64,000 nt of DNA, taken from assembly GCF_009914755.1 (NCBI RefSeq), contig NC_060927.1. The stretch is one strand, 5' to 3'. Source of the stretch: the human T2T-CHM13v2.0 reference genome, Homo sapiens. The position numbers and the translations under genes are program-made. Positions within the stretch are counted from its first letter, which is position 1, and each line of letters opens with the position of its first letter. The notes beneath the pieces are model-generated. The model was not told the origin of the DNA and ran no database searches. It worked only from the letters and a program-made list of their open reading frames with translations. Shown here one piece after another: positions 55,881 through 64,000 of the stretch.

Positions 55881-56059
55881 ATAGAGCTTCCAAGAAGGCT
55901 TCTCTGGGGGCCGGTGTGGTTCGCAGAACAGAGCCCAAAGGTTGTCAAGGCTCATGAGATGAATAAGAAAGTGGCACATGGAGTAACGATTCCCTGGCCA
56001 CAGCTTTCCAAAATGGCAGGTGCTGGCACCAACCTCAACAAAGCCAAATTTGAATTCAT

Positions 56060-57240
56060 GTTTCTTTCCCAACCTGCTCTTCCTGCATCTCCCTCATCTT
56101 CATCCTCCCCATTGCTCAGGTCCCAAGCCTTGACTCCTCTCTTGTATACCCCAAATCCACACCATGGGGGAACCTCTCTTGCTGGATTATCACAATGCCT
56201 CTTAAGGGTTGTCTTGCTTCCAACCTTGCCCCCTCTGTTTATTCTCTACGCATTGGATGTCTACAACCATCTAATGGTTTCCAATCACACTCAGATTAGA
56301 AGCCTCCCAGGCCCTGCCAACTCTGCCCTGTGTCCTCTCTGGCTCTTCTGCTACCCCCACCTTGCCCATGCCCCTCTCTTCCTCTCCACAGCACAATTTC
56401 CTGCTCCTTGAACATGCAGACACGCTCCTGCCTGGGGGCCTTCACGCTCACTGCTCCCTCTGCTGGAAGCTCTTCCCCAGATACCCACATCATTTGCTCT
56501 TACCTCTTTCCTTGCTTAGATGTCACTTTCTCAGTGAGGCCTTTCTCACCTACTCCACTTTAAATTGTCCCCTGGGATAGGCTGAAGAATGGCCTTTAGA
56601 GATATCCATGCCAGAATCCCTGGAACCTGTGAATGTTACCTAATATGGTAAAGAGGACTATGTGGATGTGATTAAATTAAGGATCTCAAGATAGGGAGAC
56701 CATCCTGATTATCTGGCTGGGCTCTGAATGCGACCACACATATCCTTAAACAAGGGAGCACAGGGAGAGTCAGCTATTTATAAGCAGAGAAGGCAATGTG
56801 ACAATGGAAGCAGAGTTTGGAGTGAGGCAGCCACAAGCCATGGTGGGCCTGCAGCCTCTAGCAGCAGGAAGAGGCAAGGAATGAATGCACCCCTAGAGCC
56901 TCTAAAAAACGCTGGCCCGGCTGACACTTTGACTTTAGCCCGGTGAAACAGATTTTGGACTTCTGGGCTCCAGAAGTGTAAGAGAATAAATCTGCAGTAT
57001 TTTAAGCCACCTCATTTGTGGAAATTTCCTGTAGCTGCTATAGGAAATGAATATACAACCCCGCACAGCCCCAGACCCCATACCCGCACACACCCCTTAT
57101 CATCCTTCCTGCTTTACTTCCCCCTTATACCTTATCTGGCTCAGGGTGTTTGACTTGTCAGGATTGTCTGTGTCTCCTCACTAGGATGTCAGCTCCACAA
57201 GGACAGGGGCCTTTGTCTGTCTTCTTCACTAAGTGAGGTA
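56060..57240 (+). mobile_element. L2 fragment split by an MLT1 LTR
   Basis: gggccttcacgctcactgctccctctgctggaa...ctcagtgaggcctt; resumes at cactaggatgtcagctccacaaggacagggg. Confidence 0.7.
56572..57057 (+). mobile_element. MLT1C/D-like MaLR solo LTR
   Basis: atccctggaacctgtgaatgttacc...gtaagagaataaat...ttttaagccac...ataggaaatgaatataca. Confidence 0.85.
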
Positions 57241-58179
57241 AGTGGTGCTAATCCACTCTCATTATAGCCAGATATCTCTGAGTCCTTTTTTTTGTGTTGA
57301 GCCATGTGCAGTTGAGTTCATTTTAGAGAAGCAACAGGACAGGGCATGGGCTTGTCCTTGTAGTTCTCAGGGCTGGTGGCAGGTCCTGCTGGGCCCACAG
57401 AGGTCTCTAAGGCTGTCATAGAGCTGCATTCTCAGGAATTCTGGCTTAAAGGGACACTGGCCTGTACTGTGAGGAGAGCCAGCTCCCCCATGCTGGTAAT
57501 CCCAGTTGGCTGGCCTTTCATCACTACCTGCCAGCGCCTTTCTATAGAGAAGCTTGTCCACCTGTATTTCAGAGAGCAATTCCCTGAGAGGCTCCAATCC
57601 TCCGGGGCCTCCAGAGTCCTCCTGTTTCATATGGGGCATGGGGGAAATCACTGCCTCTGAATTTGATCAGATAATTTCCTTATAGGTTAGGACATCAACT
57701 CTCAGAGCAAGCGTGATGAACTCTTATGGCTGAGCCTGTGAGAATACTCAGACACCAGGGCCCAGTATTTAATGCACAGCAGTTAACCAAGGTGGGCGTG
57801 AGAGTCTCTAACCTGGCCTCCTGTCACCATTGCTGTGGGGCCCTCCTGTCTCTATCTTGTCGTGTGCTCAGATCCAGTCAACTGTAGAGTCAGTGATGCC
57901 CTTGCCTGCCTTCCCCGAGTCCCCAGAGCCTGTCCCCAAAAAGTGAGGACTCCCAATGAAGGTGCCTCTCACTCTGCCTTGCTGTGGCAAACTCACTGGG
58001 TGGGATGCCCTGGGAAGGCTCAGTCTCAGCAGGAGAGGCCGAAGAACTGCTATTGGTCAGGACAAGGGAGGGCTTGGATGCCATGAGCCAGAGGGAGGGA
58101 GGCTGGTTTCCAGGGGAGATGAGGAAGCAGAGATGTGTGAAGGTTAACAGCTGAGGCCTTGCTGGGGCTCAGACTGCCC

Positions 58180-58410
58180 AGCTCTGACTCTTGCTGGCCA
58201 TGTGATCTTGAACACATGACAGCCTTTCCAAGCCTCAGTTTACTCATCTGTAATTTGAGGATGGTAAAGAGGAGTACCTGTCAAACAGGGTTGCTGTGAA
58301 GCTTAATTTACATGAGAATAAGTGCATAAGTGGCTTGGCAGGGTGTCTGGCACATAGTTAGCATTCAACAAATGTTGAATGTTGAATAGTGATGACAGTA
58401 ATAGTGATGA
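58180..58410 (+). mobile_element. MIR
   Basis: aagcctcagtttactcatctgtaa...tctggcacatagttagcattcaacaaatgtt. Confidence 0.75.
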
Positions 58411-58666
58411 TGATGACAGCAGCGTGCTCTGAGGCCCATGGGCTTTATTTCTTGATCTCATGGTGAGGGGAAGACTGAGACTGTGCAGCCTCTTGCTGCT
58501 TCCCATGAGACGCAGGGAGAGGAAAAGGGTTTTCCAACACCCATGGGAGCAGAGAGGACCCTGCTCCCCATAGTCTGAGCTCCACATCCTGGGCTGTCGC
58601 TGGCCAGAGCATCAGGTCTGGGCACACCTCTGCAGGGGAGGTCACGGCTAGCGGCGAATCACTTAC

Positions 58667-58729
58667 CTTGGCTGTTGTAGGAAGTGATGACCTGGGGCTG
58701 CTGAGGGTGCTGCTTCTCCACCAAGTTTT
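58667..58729 (-). CDS. KY: KY coding exon 3 (63 nt, phase 1-1; [21 protein letters not shown])
   Basis: ccttaaatag|AAAACTTGG...AGCCAAG|gtaagt; consensus donor; in frame with exons 2 and 4. Confidence 0.94.
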
Positions 58730-59182
58730 CTATTTAAGGAAGACAGAGAGGCCTGCAGTGACCACTGGGGAATTTTCCCCAGGCAGAGCAAAGAGCTGTA
58801 TGTGTTTGCGGGAAAGGTGGGCTGGCGGGGGCCAAGCACATCCCCAGGCCTAAATGTGTGCACACCCTCACAGTGTGCACATGTGCAAACCAGCACGACA
58901 CTGTGCATGGAGACAAATGCCTGGAAGCCCCTGTGCACACACCCCTTGTGCCTCTTAGCAGGTGCCAGCACAGGCTGGGTTTCTTCTGGAACAGGCTACC
59001 AGTCTTCCATGGTCTTTGTAGCCATAACTCCCAACTTTGGTGTCACCAGGCACAGTTTCAAAAGCACTGCATACACAGATGCCTCATTGATCTTCACACA
59101 TTTCTGTGGAGCAGGCTGGGAGGTTCTGACCTGGGACTTGAACCTCAGGTCTTCTGACTCCCAGTTGAGTCTCCTGCTTCTT

Positions 59183-59477
59183 TTTTTTTTTTTTTTTGAG
59201 ACGGAGTCTCGCTCTGTCACCCAGGGTGAAGTGCAGTGGCGCGATCTCTGCTCACTGCAAGCTCCGCCTCCTGGGTTCGTGCCATTCTCCTGCCTCCACC
59301 TCCGGAGCAGCTGGGACTACAGGTGCCCGCCACCACACTGGCTAATTTTTTGTATTTTTAGTAGAGACAGGGTTTCACCATGTTAGCCAGGATGGTCTCG
59401 ATCTCCTGACCTTGTGATTCACCCGCCTCAGCCTCCCAAAGTGCTGGGATTATAGGCGTGAGCCACCGCGCCCGGCC
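59183..59477 (-). mobile_element. AluY-type element with 16-bp TSD
   Basis: Y diagnostics (actgcaagctccgcctcc, gccattctcc, ttagccaggatggtctcgatctcc); TSD gagtctcctgcttctt / gagcctcctgcttctt; TT/AAGA endonuclease-type site. Confidence 0.95.
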
Positions 59478-60334
59478 GAGCCTCCTGCTTCTTAATGAGA
59501 AGAACAGGGGGCCAGCCTGCCTCCTACCCCAGCCTAGGAGACGGGATGATGTGTAGTTTGGTTCTGTTTCACAAACATTTGCAGGGCATGCACGCTACAC
59601 ACGTTCTCTCCACATGCAGGGATATTTCTGTCCCTGGGACACAGAGTTGTCCTCAGAGCCTAGTGGGGTCAGGCTGCCATGGAGTGATGCCTAGTTCCTG
59701 CCATAGGCCAAGAAGCGGGAGCTCACAGGCTTACTTGCCCTCCCAGGGGAAGCATGACCTTTCCTCCCTTCTTTACAGCTGCTGCTGTGGCCTGCTGTTA
59801 CTGAAGCTGCCCTTGAACCTCTGCTTCAGAGGGGTGGGGGGAAGGCTGGGCAAGGGGAGGATGGTGGCAGCTGGAGGTTCCCCCACCACTACCACTCTGG
59901 CCTGCCATCTTCTCTCTATAGCTTCCTGCTGGCTTGCAGTGGGCTTGTCACTGGAAGTGACCAATGGGACCAGTGCCTTAGTCTGGAAACAAGTATGCCT
60001 CTGGGGCATTGGCCTGAACAGGTGCATTTAGATGATTCTTCTTGTGCAGATCAGCCGCTCAGTGGTTCCCGTGCCTGGGCCCATGCAGAAGCCAATCAAG
60101 GTGGGGGGTGAGGTACTGAGCCAGGCTGGATTTGTGATCCACCTGACAGAGTCCTGCCCTGGAAAGCCTGCCTCCTCCAGCCTTCTCCTATGAACAGGCC
60201 CAGCTAGGTCCCTGAGCCCCACACTAGTCAGCCAAGGGCTAGGTCCACTGTGTATTCCAATACAGGGTGATGTGGCATGCGGGGCTGGAGCCCCAGATCA
60301 GGCGAGGAAAGGGAGGCCAGGACCGCCTTCTGCA

Positions 60335-60615
60335 GGCACAGCTGGCAGTGCCTCGGCTGGCTGAGGGAGGAAACAAGATCCGGGAAGGGAATCCTCAAGG
60401 AGGGTGATTGGCTGGCATAGCTGCTGTGGGGTATTTATAGTCAAGGCTGCACAATTGGTTTCCCTTTAGCTGTGGGGCGTCTGTCCCTGTGCTACTAGGC
60501 AGACTTTGTCCAGGACCAAGGAAAGTAGCCAATCACAGCAGGGGAAGCCCGTTGCTGGGCAAGCTATTGGGGTGGGGTAGGAGGGTGAGGAGGCGGCTGG
60601 GCCCAAACACCTGCT
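60335..60615 (-). promoter_or_regulatory. Candidate muscle enhancer or internal promoter in KY intron 2
   Basis: CTATAAATAC (TATA/MEF2-like) at 60431-60440 on minus, four CCAAT boxes, E-boxes CAGCTG and CACCTG, and a CACCC/GC tract. Confidence 0.45.
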
Positions 60616-62787
60616 GCTTCGAAAAGTTTGGAGCTCTCTAGTCTCAACACCCTGCCAGTGTTCCAGCCCAAGCAGTGCACGGGGTAGCAAGAGGGGGAAA
60701 ATGTGCCCTTCTGGATCCACCCCATGCTCAGCAGCATCTGTGTGCACTCCACCAGCACATGCCATCAGCCACTTCCTTCTAAGATGGAAGCCATCCAGTT
60801 ACCAGGGCTGGGCGGCCTGCTGGTTACCAGGGCTGGGTGCCTTGGGCACCAGTAAGGCAGGTATGAGAAAAGGTCAGCTTCAATACCTGCACTCAGAATC
60901 TCGACATCAGAAAACACAGAAAGAAACTAATTTTAATTTCTGCATGCATGCAAACGTACCATTTGAAAAATAAATGAAATTTCGCTTTACACATGTTGAT
61001 GGAGTGGTAGAAGCGTCATTTTTTCTGGGCTCAGGGCCTCTGTGGAGCCTCTGTCCAGCCCTGCATTTACCTGAAACTTCCAGTTCTCATGGTGGTTTTG
61101 CAAGAACTATTTTAGTCATCTTCTATCAGCTGACACATAGTGCTAAGACCCACTTCATGTCTTTTACAAGAGTCTTATAATGGTCTTGTAATAGTCAATG
61201 TGTCACTTTGTGTTTTGTGATATTTTTCCACTAAACTTCTCCCAAATCAGAAACCCGGAAGATGGTAAAAATAGAATGAATTCAGTGTATTTCAATCCTC
61301 TCCTGATGTAATAACATGCCTGAGAAGCCCTAAGATGAGTGTCAGACAACTCAGGCAAGGTATGAGACAGCTGCAACCAACAAGGATGCTGTGCTTCTTT
61401 GTTTCCACCTGTGGCTTGCTTGCCCACTCACCAGCTCACACATGGGCTTAGCATGCATACCTTCCATGCCCTGCATGGCCATTTCTGTGGCTAACAGGTC
61501 TCTGGGGGTCTGATTCTTATTAAAATTCTCAATAACCCATAGCAGAGTTTTGTTAGCTTTGGCGTCTACTTCAGCAGAGCTAAAGCTGGCATGTCTACCA
61601 GCTGATGGCCCCTGTAGCAAGATTACAGGGAAGCCATTGCACCCATGCATGCCTGTCAGGGTGGCTCCCTGGCAGTGGTGGGGTGGGGATGGGGAGTGTG
61701 TCTTGAGGACTCTTACCAAAGGCAGGGGACACAGGAAGACTCTTCAACTCCAGGGTGTTGAGACTCCCCTGCAGTGCATTATAATTCCAATCATTTTAAT
61801 GTAGCTCCCCTGAGGGCAGTGTTCTTGGCTGTCTTTTTCCCTGTTTCATTTCCAATATTTAGAATCATGCCTGGCACAAAGTAAGCACTATAGGCATTTG
61901 TGAACAGAATGAGTGAATGAATTCACTTTTAGAACTTCATCTTTCCCTTTCATTATTGTCAGAAGGATGGTAGAACATAGCAGTTTAGTCCTATTCATCT
62001 GCAATCCTATTTCCCCATTTGTGTCATGGAGGGTGGTTCCTTTACACTGGCATTTGATAAGCCAGTCATCTGATCCTAGGGCTCACATAGCTGCGGGCTG
62101 ATGGAGTTCTCTACTGGGGCTCTGGGAGTAGAGGTTTGGTCTCTATTAGAACCTTCACGTGCCCACTGTGCAGTGTCCCTGATGTTTGTCCCTGGAGGCT
62201 GGGCTAATGAACCCTAAAGGGAATAGAATAAAGCCCATTATACTTGGCCCCTTAGTGTTACCAGAGAGATCCTGGGCCTGGGGTGGCAGATGCCTGGCAC
62301 TGGAAAAAAGAGGCTTTGGAAGCTGACTTCTTATTGTATTTTGGGTCCCAGGCCAGCAGGGAGCTATAGAACCCTTGAGTGGCATCTTCTCAGGCTTCAA
62401 GTCATACTGTCCCAAGGCAGACGACTATCCTCTCTGTTGGGAAACATTTTCAAAAGATAGATGGCTGCCTCTCATAGGAGCACACTCAAACCTCACCATC
62501 CCAAGGGATGTTAAGTCCTCCCCTACGGCTCAGCCAGCAAACAAATGGGTGCTCAAGTTCCTGGCACTGCTCTTCAGCCACAGCCTCCAGGAGAGCAGGG
62601 GACCTGACTCCAGGGAACACTTCCCACAGTCACAGTGGCCCTTAGAGGCCTGGCTGGGTCAGGAGCAGCCACTTTCCGTTCAGTGGTTAGATGTCTAGGG
62701 CTAGTCTTCAAATGAGTGAAACCCAATTCTTCCAGTTATTATTCAATGTATTAAATCCTATAGGTTGAAAGGAAAAAGAGAATTTAC

Positions 62788-62850
62788 CGTGAAAGTCATT
62801 TCCTTCTAATTTCTGCCATCTTCGGACTCCATTTCCAACACCTTGGAATC
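62788..62850 (-). CDS. KY: KY coding exon 2 (63 nt, phase 1-1; (G)FQGVGNGVRRWQKLEGNDFH)
   Basis: Minus strand tattttgcag|GATTCCAAGG...TTTCACG|gtaaat; open frame matching the recalled KY N-terminus and in phase with the next exon. Confidence 0.93.
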
Positions 62851-63239
62851 CTGCAAAATAACAAGCTTCTCTGAGGTGGGAGACTCAGGGCAAAAGAGTG
62901 ATGTACCAGTTGCAGACTTATCTAGGTTATGGTAGAGCAGGTGGATCTTGGCTCTCTTGGAATCTGAGAGAGGCTACCCATGAATAAGATGCCCTTGAGG
63001 GAATGAATGCAACTCTCAAAATTCAAAACATTTAAAAACTGTTAAAACAGTTTTCAAGGGCAGCAGGGTTGGTTATCAGGGTCATTTAGGGAGAATTTTT
63101 GTAGTACAGATGCCCATTTTCCACTTCCACCTCTCCACTGCATACATATGAAAGCATTATTTTAGAAGTCATTTGCTATCCACATTGCCTGCCTATTTCT
63201 GTATGTGGTGAATCACCCACTTTTAGAGTCTTGATATAG

Positions 63240-63740
63240 AGTGGGGGGAGTGGGCTAAGACCGTCAATCCCAATGGGAATGGAAAATGACAGTTGCCAGT
63301 TCTCTTGGCCTCCCTTGCAGCTAGAGGGTAAACACGTATGGCCTAGCCATGGCCAATCTGATGTACCTGTGTTTCACTCTGCCTTGGGACCTGGTGATGC
63401 AACAGGGAAGGGAAGGAAAGCTCTCGCTCTGGCTGCGGCTGCAAGTGGTAGCCGCAAGGTCGAGTTCCTGGCACAGCATGGGGATACGTTCTGGCAGCGG
63501 GAGCTGCTGCAATAAAATTGAGATCCTGGCGCGGAAGGAGTATTCAGTGCTCCTTGGTGGCCGAGGAGGTTTCCTCACTAGACCAGCTCGTTGGTGCTGC
63601 TTACGGTACTGTTCCTGGAAGCTCAGCCTTGAGTCTTATTCTCCAGCCCTCTCAACCACTCAGGGGCCGCCACTCTCTTCTTAACACCCTTCTTTTCTGC
63701 AGAGTCCCCCATAGCCAGTGCCAGTGACTTACCACTTGGA
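63240..63740 (+). mobile_element. LTR33/LTR16-like ERVL LTR remnant
   Basis: gcctcccttgcagctagag...tggccaatctgatg motif; boundaries approximate. Confidence 0.5.
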
Positions 63741-64000
63741 ACCCTCATGACACACCTATGGAGTAGAATACACAAACCACATAGACTTTTGGGATAAGAC
63801 CTAAGACTTCAAAGCTCATTGGGTCTTGCCCCAGGCAGCTATAGGCTATATCCTCTACTGCTGCAGGAGTATATGCACTCTACTTTCTGATAGGAGTTGA
63901 GGGCTTTCAGGCACGTTTTGGAGAAGCACTGTTCTAGGGAAATGACTGGGAGGCTGCTAGGGCCTTACAGAAATGGGAGAGAACATCTGCTGGCTCTGCA

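Overview
Primate (human-like) genomic DNA, repeat-rich. It contains ten spliced coding exons and the ~3.7 kb 3'UTR of KY (kyphoscoliosis peptidase, a muscle Z-disc transglutaminase-like protein) on the minus strand. These are exons 2-11 by my recollection of the 11-exon gene; exon 1 lies beyond position 64000. All ten exons were reconstructed by hand with canonical GT-AG sites and continuous phase, and the Cys-His-Asp triad is intact. The rest is mostly L1, Alu, MaLR/ERVL LTR, L2/MIR and MER remnants, and nearly all other listed ORFs are chance or repeat-derived. I found no evidence of a wholly new biological system. The most notable observations are: (1) an L1PA copy with a deletion matching the 97/622 5'UTR splice, i.e. 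retrotransposed from a spliced RNA; (2) a ~233-bp, ~89% identical duplication with one copy inside the KY 3'UTR and one beyond its polyA site; (3) homology between KY micro-exons 2 and 5; (4) an antisense AluJ with a perfect 5' splice site, a candidate poison exon; (5) a CpG-rich patch in the 3'UTR with CTCF, Sp1 and perfect RFX motifs; (6) a TATA/MEF2/CCAAT/E-box cluster in intron 2. Repeat subfamily names come from recalled consensus sequences, and boundaries of old repeats are approximate.
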